Shown: one piece after another, positions 41,501-50,564 of the stretch
Numbering within the stretch: position 1 is the first letter of the stretch
How the letters are laid out: each line of letters starts with the position of its first letter
NCBI GenBank assembly: GCA_963664395.2
Contig: OY761159.2
Coordinates: forward strand, 3,616,001 to 3,680,000
Length of the DNA: 64,000 nt
Origin: Candidatus Binatia bacterium
GTDB taxonomy: Bacteria; Desulfobacterota; Binatia; Bin18
Direction of reading: 5' to 3'
The notes under the pieces: generated by a model
The model's input: only the letters and a program-made list of their open reading frames with translations
Database searches by the model: none
What the model was told of the DNA's origin: nothing
Made by a program: the position numbers and the translations under genes

Positions 41501-41846
41501 CACCTATTATCTTTATTTTAGCGCCTATTCCGACGGTCGGCATATAAATCCAGCTGATGTTTACGATTATCCATTCAAGTTCAGCTCATTCTGCGCAAAT
41601 ACGGCTGCACAACTGGAGAGATTATCAGAACGGCTCCAAGATGCGATGATGAAACATACAAGCCACTGGCGAAAAAGTGGTTTATTAATTGATTCAGTGG
41701 ATTCTAAACCCTGCAAGCCAATTATCGACGAAATCGATCACGTGCTTGCCGAACACTACGGTTTCACTGACGAAGAACTGGACTTCATCATCAACTACGA
41801 CATCAAGTATCGTATGGGACGGGAAGCAACGGAAGGAGAGGTGTGA
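38535..41846 (+). CDS. N6-adenine DNA methyltransferase with C-terminal TRD (Eco57I/type IIG-like)
   Basis: YLNGGLF, GAYYT, DPTCGSGAF (motif I), GNPPY (motif IV). Confidence 0.92.
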   Translation: MPTPLDRDKIRKYLEDFNLRALFVEELGWDHGGENIEVTVASKPFVLEAIAHKRGMVVYQHVADTDEAFPDHPTRQKIEKTVAKTVREHLIVYAPPDQSAQYWQWVKREPGQPDRSRQHIYHRDQPGEALIQKLEQLVFTLDEEDDLTIVDVSGRVRAAFDVEKITKKFYDRFKQEHHAFLEFIEGIQNIADREWYASLMLNRMMFIYFIQKRGFLDNNMDYLRDRLERVRQQGGGNFLSFYRLFLLRLFHEGLGQPEADRVPELVELLGQVPYLNGGLFDVHDLERDNPKIHIPDEAFQNIFAFFDAYQWHLDNRPLRNDNEINPDVLGYIFEKYINQKQMGAYYTKEDITGYISRNTILPFLFDRAKKACPIAFTSGGGVWRLLSDDPDRYFYEAVRHGITFDIHKKEDLAEKRELPPDIAAGLNDVSKRGGWNKAAPADYALPTETWREHVARRQRYEEIRAKLAAGEVTSINDLITYNLDIEKFALDVIAGSEGPELVRAFWKALNAVSVLDPTCGSGAFLFAALNILEPLYTACLEVMRGFLDDLERSQRKHRPEKLRDLRTVLEQVAAHASESYFIHKSIIVNNLYGVDIMEEAVEICKLRLFLKLVAQLERYEQIEPLPDVDFNVRAGNTLVGFASLEEVKNALSADLIKQLSLPQIEERAEIADRAFRKFREMQTEHGMDASEFAVTKVELRKRLDDLRNELDLYLAGDYGVKVKSKRAYKKWRDSHQPFHWFVEFYGIMHGGGFDVIIGNPPYVEYRKVKESYRVLGFYTKRTANLYSFTAEQSERLLCAKGRVGLIIPVSFASSDLFEPLRQLFWETNRPLWLSHFSNRPGQLFSGAQNRLTILLAGEKGSQIAFSTRYHRWDEKRGERSSLFQTLQYIGLGDPTRLLHGLFCKSGSKESVSALGKIDVDTTIREHLSKSGSASVHWVRVPGYFCQFFLKPPLVRTEDGGQVRVRGEVKTIYTADEGLRHVIHALLNSSTYYLYFSAYSDGRHINPADVYDYPFKFSSFCANTAAQLERLSERLQDAMMKHTSHWRKSGLLIDSVDSKPCKPIIDEIDHVLAEHYGFTDEELDFIINYDIKYRMGREATEGEV

Positions 41847-41852
41847 GAGCTA

Positions 41853-42059
41853 ATGAAACTACACGTCGATGAGGAAGCCGACGCGCTCTACCTGCGCCTC
41901 GACGCCTCCGCTATCGTCGAGTCCGAAGAGGTCTCGCCGGGAGTGATGCTTGATTACAACGAATCGAACGAAGTGGTAGGCGTGGAAATGCTCCATCTCT
42001 CAAAACGTTCCGCCAGCCTGAATCTTTCTACCCTGGAATTAACCGTCCAGAAGATGTGA
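41853..42059 (+). CDS. DUF2283-like protein (TA-associated), orphan
   Basis: DEEADALYLRL...EVSPGVMLDY...VGVE. Confidence 0.8.
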   Translation: MKLHVDEEADALYLRLDASAIVESEEVSPGVMLDYNESNEVVGVEMLHLSKRSASLNLSTLELTVQKM

Positions 42060-42063
42060 ACGA

Positions 42064-42711
42064 TTGAAAACCAGACGCTATGAATCGGGGACGCCTGACA
42101 CGCCGGCAGCGTTGCGACGTTGTACTGACGCGGGGGGCGCATCTTCGGTCACATTAAAGGGCGACCTCGGCATACTCGATAAAAGGCTGATTGGATTCTT
42201 CTGCTCGGTGCGTTGTCCGGGCGACGTCATACTCAAGACCTACGATCTCGCGCGGGTGCTGCGCGAAACCGACGTGACGATGGTCGGCGGGTTCCAGTCT
42301 CCTATGGAGAAGGAGTTCCTGGACCTGCTGCTGCGGGGTTCGGTGTCCATCGTTGTCTGTCCGGCGCGTGGGCTTGGCAGCCTGCGGATTCCAAAGAGCT
42401 GGAAGAAACCGCTGGACGAAGGCCGCTTGCTGCTCCTGTCCTTTTTTGACGATAATATCTGTCGCCCCACCGCAAATATCGCCACCAAGCGTAACGCTTA
42501 TGTCGCCGCTCTTGCCGACCGTCTTCTCATCGCTCATGCCGAACAGAGCGGCAAAATCGAGACATTATGCAAGGAAGCGCTTACTGAGGGGAAGCGGGTG
42601 TTTGCCCTGGATTCGCCGGATAATGCGCACTTGGTTGAACTTGATATTACACCGGTCCTGGCTGAGGACTCCTCACCGTTGATATCGAAGGGAAGCGTCC
42701 CTTCTTGTTGA
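42064..42711 (+). CDS. DprA/SMF-like (SLOG) protein
   Basis: GDLGIL, FFCS..CPG, GGFQSPME, KRNAYVAALAD. Confidence 0.75.
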   Translation: MKTRRYESGTPDTPAALRRCTDAGGASSVTLKGDLGILDKRLIGFFCSVRCPGDVILKTYDLARVLRETDVTMVGGFQSPMEKEFLDLLLRGSVSIVVCPARGLGSLRIPKSWKKPLDEGRLLLLSFFDDNICRPTANIATKRNAYVAALADRLLIAHAEQSGKIETLCKEALTEGKRVFALDSPDNAHLVELDITPVLAEDSSPLISKGSVPSC

Positions 42712-42713
42712 TT

Positions 42714-42932
42714 CTACTCAAGGACATCGGACGTGCCCTCTACCCACTCCATCGCTTCGGTTTCTCGTTCGATATCTGCCGCCATCCGACGGTAGCCCTC
42801 CTGAATATCGCCATATATGACGTAGGGCCTGACTAATGACTCGATAAACCGGCTGATCTTACGTCTCCCTACGACTTGGTACAGACCTGCGTATACGTCT
42901 TCGTCTATGGTGATTGTCAGCTTCTTTTGCAT
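42714..42932 (-). CDS. Orphan RHH-type addiction-module antitoxin
   Basis: MQKKLTITIDEDVY...ISRFIE...GYRRMAAD.ERETEA.EW; no toxin downstream. Confidence 0.75.
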   Translation of the reverse strand: MQKKLTITIDEDVYAGLYQVVGRRKISRFIESLVRPYVIYGDIQEGYRRMAADIERETEAMEWVEGTSDVLE

Positions 42933-43105
42933 ACCCACTCCTGACACGTGTACTCCACGTACATTACCACAAGGAATTTCTGTCGTCTGTCGTCCACCCG
43001 GCATGAGGGCTCGGCACCCTGTAGATTCCAGAAGGCTGGAAGAACCCGTCCACCGACACGCTCTCACCTTGTTTCCACCTCCCCGGCTGTGTACATTCCT
43101 AGGCC

Positions 43106-43963
43106 ATGTATCCGTTTGACCATCCGGCTGTGGACCGGCTGATTCGTCTGGCGCTGGAAGAGGACATTGGTCGGGGCGATGCGACCACACGAGCGACTAT
43201 TCCCGCTGCCCAGGCTGCGCGTGGAAAAATTACGGCCAAGGCCGACGTTGTGCTGGCAGGACTGCCAATAATTGCACTGGTTTTAGCGCAGACGGATAAA
43301 ACGGCTGGAGTGCGCTTGCTCGGCCAAGAGGGGCGTCAGGTTCCGGTCGGGACGGTTGTTGCCGAGGTGTGGGGACAGGCCGCCGGCCTGCTCACGGTGG
43401 AACGAACCTTGCTCAATCTCTTGCAGCATCTCTCCGGGGTGGCAACCCTGACGCGAAAATTTGTTGAGGCCGTGGCCGGAACACAATGCACAATTATTGA
43501 TACCCGAAAAACTCTGCCCGGCCTGCGCTTGCTGGATAAATATGCGGTTGTCCAGGGTGGGGGAAGAAATCACCGGCTTGGGCTTGATGATGGGGTGTTG
43601 ATCAAAGACAATCACATTGCTGTCTGTGGTGGGGTGGGTGCTGCCGTACGGCAGGCGCGTAGTCAGGCGTCAATGTGGTTGCGCATCGAAGTTGAGTGTA
43701 CAACCGTGGCTGAGGTCGAAGAGGCCCTCGACGCCCAGGCCGACATCATCCTGCTGGATAATATGACAACCGGTCAGATGAACGAAGCCGTGCGGCTGAT
43801 ACATGGGCGGGCCCTGGTTGAAGCCTCGGGCAATATGTCTCTTGAGCGGGTTCGTGAAGTGGCTGAAACAGGGGTGGATTTTATCTCGGTTGGTGTCCTG
43901 ACGCATTCAACTCCTGCCGCAGACCTCAGTATGTCTGTGACGTGTGAGTCGGAGTCATACTGA
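43106..43963 (+). CDS. nadC: Quinolinate phosphoribosyltransferase
   Basis: ALEEDIGRGD, DTRKT, HRLGL, IKDNH, LLDNM. Confidence 0.96.
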   Translation: MYPFDHPAVDRLIRLALEEDIGRGDATTRATIPAAQAARGKITAKADVVLAGLPIIALVLAQTDKTAGVRLLGQEGRQVPVGTVVAEVWGQAAGLLTVERTLLNLLQHLSGVATLTRKFVEAVAGTQCTIIDTRKTLPGLRLLDKYAVVQGGGRNHRLGLDDGVLIKDNHIAVCGGVGAAVRQARSQASMWLRIEVECTTVAEVEEALDAQADIILLDNMTTGQMNEAVRLIHGRALVEASGNMSLERVREVAETGVDFISVGVLTHSTPAADLSMSVTCESESY

Positions 43964-43973
43964 GCGCTATCCT

Positions 43974-44852
43974 ATGGATGACCTTCCTGACCACGGCTTT
44001 GAGACTGCCTTGTTGTCTCAGTTATCCCAGCCGGCGACGCGTGTGCTTGGTCGCCGGCTTCATTTTTTTGACAGCATTGATTCCACCAATGTGTCTGCTG
44101 CCGGACTGGCACGAGAGGGTGTCGCCGAGGGAACGGTTGTGATCGCCGATGCGCAAACCGGTGGCAAAGGCCGATTAGGACGGAGTTGGGTTTCGCCTCC
44201 TGGGGTGAATCTCTATCTGTCAGTTATTCTCCGCCCCCGGAAATCTGTCTCATCCGCGCCGCAATTAAGCTTGCTGGCCGCTGTGGCAGTGGCTGAAGCC
44301 ATCGTCCACCAGACTCAGTTGGTTCCATCCATAAAATGGCCCAACGATGTCCTTGTCTCAGGAAAAAAGGTGTGCGGCATCCTGACCGAAATGCAGGCGA
44401 AAGGTCGGCAGCTCAGGTCCGTTGTTGTCGGTATCGGTGTCAATATCAATGCTCCGCTGACGTCATTTCCTGAGGAGTTGCAGGATAAGGCTTCTTCGCT
44501 CTTCCTAATGCGCGGAGAGCCGGTTGACCGGGCTGCGTTTACTGCGAATCTGTTGACCCATCTTGAGAAATTGTACGTTCTGTGGCTAGAAGAGGGGTTC
44601 CCGGTAGTGGGTGCAGCCTGGGAAGGCTATGCGCCTGAGCTGCTGGGGAAACCGATCTCGGTGACAGCGCCTGAGGGGACAATCGCAGGGACGGCCCTTG
44701 GCCTTGACCGGGATGGCGCGCTCCTGGTTCAAACACAAGGCCCGGAAGGCAACCTGGCAGGGCAAGGGGAGCAGCCCCACCGCGTCCGTCGTATTCTGGC
44801 CGGAGATGTGACCGTGGTTGATGGATATCGAAAGACTGACACAGTGAACTGA
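43974..44852 (+). CDS. birA: Biotin--protein ligase (no HTH)
   Basis: DSTN, QTGGKGRLGRSW, KWPND, KVCGIL. Confidence 0.93.
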   Translation: MDDLPDHGFETALLSQLSQPATRVLGRRLHFFDSIDSTNVSAAGLAREGVAEGTVVIADAQTGGKGRLGRSWVSPPGVNLYLSVILRPRKSVSSAPQLSLLAAVAVAEAIVHQTQLVPSIKWPNDVLVSGKKVCGILTEMQAKGRQLRSVVVGIGVNINAPLTSFPEELQDKASSLFLMRGEPVDRAAFTANLLTHLEKLYVLWLEEGFPVVGAAWEGYAPELLGKPISVTAPEGTIAGTALGLDRDGALLVQTQGPEGNLAGQGEQPHRVRRILAGDVTVVDGYRKTDTVN

Positions 44853-44876
44853 TTGAGCTGATTGAAGTGACCCCCC

Positions 44877-45641
44877 ATGATACTCGCCGTTGATGTGGGC
44901 AATACGCATACGGTAGCTGGTCTCTATAACATGGAAGACCTCGCCTATCATTGGCGCTTTGTGACTGAGGCTGAGCGAACGGCAGACGAGTATGGGGTAT
45001 TGCTGCAAAGCTTCTTTACGGCCCGTGCACTCAGCCTTTCGTGTGTGGCTGGCATTATTGTGTCGAGTGTTGTGCCGGAAATGGTGAAAACGCTCGAAGA
45101 ACTTTCCCGAAAGTATTTTCAGCTCACCCCGCTCTTCGTCGGCCCTGGCATCAAGACCGGCATGCCGATTCTGTATGATAATCCCCGAGAGGTTGGGGCC
45201 GACCGTATCGTGAATGCGGTTGCGGCCTATGAACGCTACCGGGCCGCCACGATTATTGTCGATTTTGGGACAGCAACAACCTTCGACTACGTGACGCAAG
45301 CCGGAGAATACCTGGGCGGGGCTATTGTTCCGGGCGTGGGGATTTCCCTGGATGCCTTATTCCACAAAACGGCTAAACTCTACCGGGTGGAGCTGGTGAA
45401 GCCCCCTAAGGTCGTCGGCCGCAATACGGTCAACGCCATCCAATCAGGCATCTATTATGGCTATACATCTCTGGTTGATGGGATGGTGCAACGCATTCAA
45501 CTCGAAAATGGCGGGCAGGCCCGAGTGATCGCGACGGGTGGATTTGCCCAGCTGATCGCGGCAGAATCAAGAACCATTGAGGAGGTCGATGAGTTCGTGA
45601 CCCTGGAGGGGCTGCGAATTCTGTATGAACGAAATCATTAA
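44877..45641 (+). CDS. coaX: Type III pantothenate kinase
   Basis: DVGNT, GADR, DFGTATT, GGAIVPG. Confidence 0.95.
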   Translation: MILAVDVGNTHTVAGLYNMEDLAYHWRFVTEAERTADEYGVLLQSFFTARALSLSCVAGIIVSSVVPEMVKTLEELSRKYFQLTPLFVGPGIKTGMPILYDNPREVGADRIVNAVAAYERYRAATIIVDFGTATTFDYVTQAGEYLGGAIVPGVGISLDALFHKTAKLYRVELVKPPKVVGRNTVNAIQSGIYYGYTSLVDGMVQRIQLENGGQARVIATGGFAQLIAAESRTIEEVDEFVTLEGLRILYERNH

Positions 45642-45726
45642 GAGCGTATATGCAACACGAGAGCGATTGCGACGTAACGCAACGCAGTCACTCGGATTGC
45701 GCGACGCGTCCAAGAAGGAGGGACAT

Positions 45727-47814
45727 ATGGCCGCTGATGATATGCATCGCATCCGAACCGTTGGGCTGCTGGCTGAAGGGAGCGCCGGGAAGACGACCTT
45801 AGGGGAGGCGCTCTTGTACGCTGCGGGCGAGACAACCCGCCAGGGGCGTGTGGAGGATGAAAGCTCGGTACTCGACTTTGAGCCTGAGGAAATGCGCCGG
45901 AAAGCGACCCTGTCAACGGCTTTTCATACGCTGAGCTGGAAGAAGCACGACATTTGTTTAATCGACCCGCCTGGATATGGGAACTTTTTGCCGGACACCC
46001 GCTATGCCATGGAGGCGATGGGTGGAGCCATATTCATCGCAGGTCCGATTGGTCATCTCAAGGTCGAGAGTGAACGGATGTGGAATTGGGCCAGGGATAT
46101 GAATCTGCCTCGCATCGTCTGTCTGTCCCGGATGGACCGGGAGGAGGGAGAATTCGGCGCGGCTCTCGATGCCCTGAATAGTGCTCTTGAGACAACCCTG
46201 ACCCCGATTCAAATTCCGATTGGCTCTCAGGCCGACTTTCGGGGCGTGGTTGATCTGCTGTCCATGCAAGCCCTGATGTTTCAAGGTGATAAGGGCGAAG
46301 TCAGTACAGAGGCCATTCCCGGTGATCTTCAAGCCCAGGCGGATGAATATCGTGAAAAATTAATTGAGGCGGTTGCAGAAACAAACGATGACTTTCTGAC
46401 ACGTTACCTTGAGGGCGAGGAGTTGAGTGCGGACGACATTACGCACGCGTTAGCTGAAGGTGTGGCTGCCGCCCGGATTTTCCCTGTGCTGTGTATCTCG
46501 GGGAGCCGGACTTTGGGCATCCAGCCCGTGTTGAACGCAATGGTTGACCTGCTTCCGTCGCCAGCCTCACGTCCCAGCGTGACCTGTACCAATCCGAAAA
46601 ACCAGGAAGAAGTTGAGCGCAGCCCTGATCCGACCGCACCTTTTACCGCCCGTGTGTTCAAGACGGTTGACTCGCAGGCCGGCAAGCTGGCTCTCTTCTG
46701 TGTTCTGTCTGGAAAAGTGGAGAGCGACTCGGTCGTATATAATGCGACCCGTGATGCCAAAGAACGTATTGGCCAGTTGTTTCATCTCAAAGGAAAAAAG
46801 CAGGAACCTGTGGCCACGGCATTGCCGGGCGATATCATCGGGGTGGCCAAGCTCAAAGAGACGCATACCGGCGATACGCTGTGCGACGAAAAGGAGCCTG
46901 CTCTTCTGCCCCCCTTGGTAGAATTCAATCCAGCGATCTCGTTCGCCCTGGTGCTCAAGTCTCGCGGCGATGAAGAAAAAATCATGGCCTCATTGGACCG
47001 ACTCAATGAGGAAGACCCCGCCCTCAGAGTGGACCGGGACCAACAGTCCAACGAGATCCTTATTTCCGGGGCCGGCCAACTCCATATTGAAGTGGTCGTA
47101 GAAAAACTGAAGCGGAAATACGGAGTTGAAGTTGAGCTGAAAGCGCCCAAGGTTCCGTATCGCGAAACCGTTACCAGCAAAACCGAGGTCCAGGGACGCT
47201 TGAAGAAACAATCGGGCGGGCGAGGCCAGTTTGGCGACACCTGGCTGCGTGTTGGGCCTCTGGCGCGTGGTGCAGGCTTTGAATTCACCAACGCAATAAA
47301 AGGCGGCGCGATTCCTCGTCAGTATATTCCGTCAGTTGAGAAAGGTGTGGTCAACGCCTTAGGCAAAGGATTCTTGGCTGGTTATCCCATAGTGGATGTC
47401 CAGGTAGCGCTCTATGACGGCTCCTACCACGATGTGGACTCCTCTGACATGGCGTTTCAGATTGCCGGGTCTATTGGGATTCAAAATGCGCTGGAAAAGG
47501 CCAAGCCGGTGCTGCTGGAGCCTATTATGAACCTCGATATCACTGTTCCAGAGGAGTATATGGGTGACATCAGTGGAGACATCAATCGGCGACGTGGCAG
47601 GCTGATGAGTGTAGATGTCAAGGGGAATAACCAGATCATCAAGGCTTCCGTTCCAATGGCTGAGATATTGACCTATGCACCTGATTTACGTTCGATGACA
47701 AGTGGCCGAGGAACATTTGAGGCAGGCTTTTCGCACTACGAAGAAGTTCCTCATCATTTGACTGAAAAAATCGTTCAAGAGAGCAAGCAGGCCAAGGAAG
47801 AAGCCCATAATTAA
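45727..47814 (+). CDS. Elongation factor G paralogue (EF-G2-like)
   Basis: Full EF-G architecture (YRET, KKQSGGRGQ, YHDVDSS, LLEPIM) outside the str operon; altered G motifs. Confidence 0.9.
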   Translation: MAADDMHRIRTVGLLAEGSAGKTTLGEALLYAAGETTRQGRVEDESSVLDFEPEEMRRKATLSTAFHTLSWKKHDICLIDPPGYGNFLPDTRYAMEAMGGAIFIAGPIGHLKVESERMWNWARDMNLPRIVCLSRMDREEGEFGAALDALNSALETTLTPIQIPIGSQADFRGVVDLLSMQALMFQGDKGEVSTEAIPGDLQAQADEYREKLIEAVAETNDDFLTRYLEGEELSADDITHALAEGVAAARIFPVLCISGSRTLGIQPVLNAMVDLLPSPASRPSVTCTNPKNQEEVERSPDPTAPFTARVFKTVDSQAGKLALFCVLSGKVESDSVVYNATRDAKERIGQLFHLKGKKQEPVATALPGDIIGVAKLKETHTGDTLCDEKEPALLPPLVEFNPAISFALVLKSRGDEEKIMASLDRLNEEDPALRVDRDQQSNEILISGAGQLHIEVVVEKLKRKYGVEVELKAPKVPYRETVTSKTEVQGRLKKQSGGRGQFGDTWLRVGPLARGAGFEFTNAIKGGAIPRQYIPSVEKGVVNALGKGFLAGYPIVDVQVALYDGSYHDVDSSDMAFQIAGSIGIQNALEKAKPVLLEPIMNLDITVPEEYMGDISGDINRRRGRLMSVDVKGNNQIIKASVPMAEILTYAPDLRSMTSGRGTFEAGFSHYEEVPHHLTEKIVQESKQAKEEAHN

Positions 47815-47871
47815 GCGTAGGCAAGCGCCTGGGGAGAGGCCCTGCCTCTCTTCACGGCATGGGATGAGACG

Positions 47872-47901
47872 TTGACAACCTCACTCGGGCTGTACTAGAG
47901 T
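47872..47901 (+). promoter_or_regulatory. Sigma70-like promoter
   Basis: TTGACA-N18-TAGAGT. Confidence 0.4.
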
Positions 47902-47935
47902 TCTCTTTCTCTTTTATTTTGTAGGAGGGCTGCGT

Positions 47936-48166
47936 ATGGATGTCAAAGAAGAAGAGCTGATCCGTTCCCTACTCGATACCGACCCTGAACTGCGCCAACA
48001 CTACGAGGAGCACTCCCAGCTTAAACAGCGCCTCCAAGAACTCAGAGGAAAACCCTTCCTGACTGAAGAAGAAGAGGTTGAAGAGAAAACGATTCAAAAA
48101 CAAAAACTTGCGGGCAAAGATCGTATAATGGAAATCCTTGCACGCCACAAACAACAAGCGGCATAA
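47936..48166 (+). CDS. DUF465/YdcH-like coiled-coil protein
   Basis: EH..L...KKQKL.GKD.I-like pattern; AGGAGG RBS. Confidence 0.75.
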   Translation: MDVKEEELIRSLLDTDPELRQHYEEHSQLKQRLQELRGKPFLTEEEEVEEKTIQKQKLAGKDRIMEILARHKQQAA

Positions 48167-48285
48167 CTGAGAGCTGCTTCGTTCACTGTTCCGATCTCTC
48201 GGGCGAGCTTCAACCCCTCCATAGTGCCGGGTCGTCGCCCGGCCAAACGTCTCCTTACTCAGAAGCTCGTTGAACGACAAGACCT

Positions 48286-49853
<1,568 letters not shown>

Positions 49854-49907
49854 AGTACCTTTCGTGTGAGCAGGGGAGCCTCGTCTCCTCTGCTGCTCCT
49901 GGGAACT

Positions 49908-50543
49908 ATGCATTTTGCTCGTGAAGGATGGCCGTGGATTACCGGGCTGGGAGTGTTCTCTTTCGCGCTTGGACTCCTCGAACTTCAACCTCTGGGTTGG
50001 GTCGCGCTGGGGCTGACCCTGTTGGTAGCCTTCTTCTTTCGTGACCCGGACCGTGATGTCCCGAACGATGCGAGTGTGATTCTCTCTCCCGCTGATGGGC
50101 GTGTGGTAACGGTTGAGCCGCTTGCGCACGGAAAATACACCTCGGAGCAGCCCTCCTCTCGAATCGGTATTTTCTTGTCTCCGCTGAACGTGCATGTCAA
50201 TCGCGCGCCGGTCGCCGGTCAGGTCACCCAGGTACAGCATCAGCCTGGCAAATTTCGTGCGGCGTTTGCCGCTGATGCCGCAGAAGTCAATGAGCAGAAT
50301 GCGGTCAGTATTCAGGATGCACACGGGCGTCGGGTTGTCCTGGTACAGATTGCCGGCATGCTGGCCCGGCGTATTGTCTGTCGTCTCACACGCGGCGATC
50401 AGGTTCAACAAGGCGACCGGTATGGCATGATCATGTTGGGCTCCCGGGTTGATGTGTATTGTCCGGCAGAGGCACAGTTGAAAATAGCAGTTGGACAACG
50501 AGTCAAGGCCGGAGAGACAGTGATCGGCGAATACCGTTTCTGA
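49908..50543 (+). CDS. psd: Phosphatidylserine decarboxylase (short type)
   Basis: FFRDP, SPADG, VHVNRAP, LGSRVD cleavage motif. Confidence 0.9.
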   Translation: MHFAREGWPWITGLGVFSFALGLLELQPLGWVALGLTLLVAFFFRDPDRDVPNDASVILSPADGRVVTVEPLAHGKYTSEQPSSRIGIFLSPLNVHVNRAPVAGQVTQVQHQPGKFRAAFAADAAEVNEQNAVSIQDAHGRRVVLVQIAGMLARRIVCRLTRGDQVQQGDRYGMIMLGSRVDVYCPAEAQLKIAVGQRVKAGETVIGEYRF

Positions 50544-50564
50544 GATGTAACTGGGAGTTTTCCT

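Larger units (their letters stand above)
29762..43105. other. Defence island between valS and nadC (no integrase seen)
   Basis: Contiguous TA, STAND ATPase, helicase, MTase and SLOG genes between housekeeping genes; visibly AT-richer stretches. Confidence 0.8.

Noticed and set aside
34770-41846. Calling the locus DISARM or BREX
   Set aside because: No DrmA/DrmB (DUF1998), PglZ or BrxC in the window.
42960-43105. Remnant of an ancestral valS 3' end before nadC
   Set aside because: Translations give no convincing similarity by eye.
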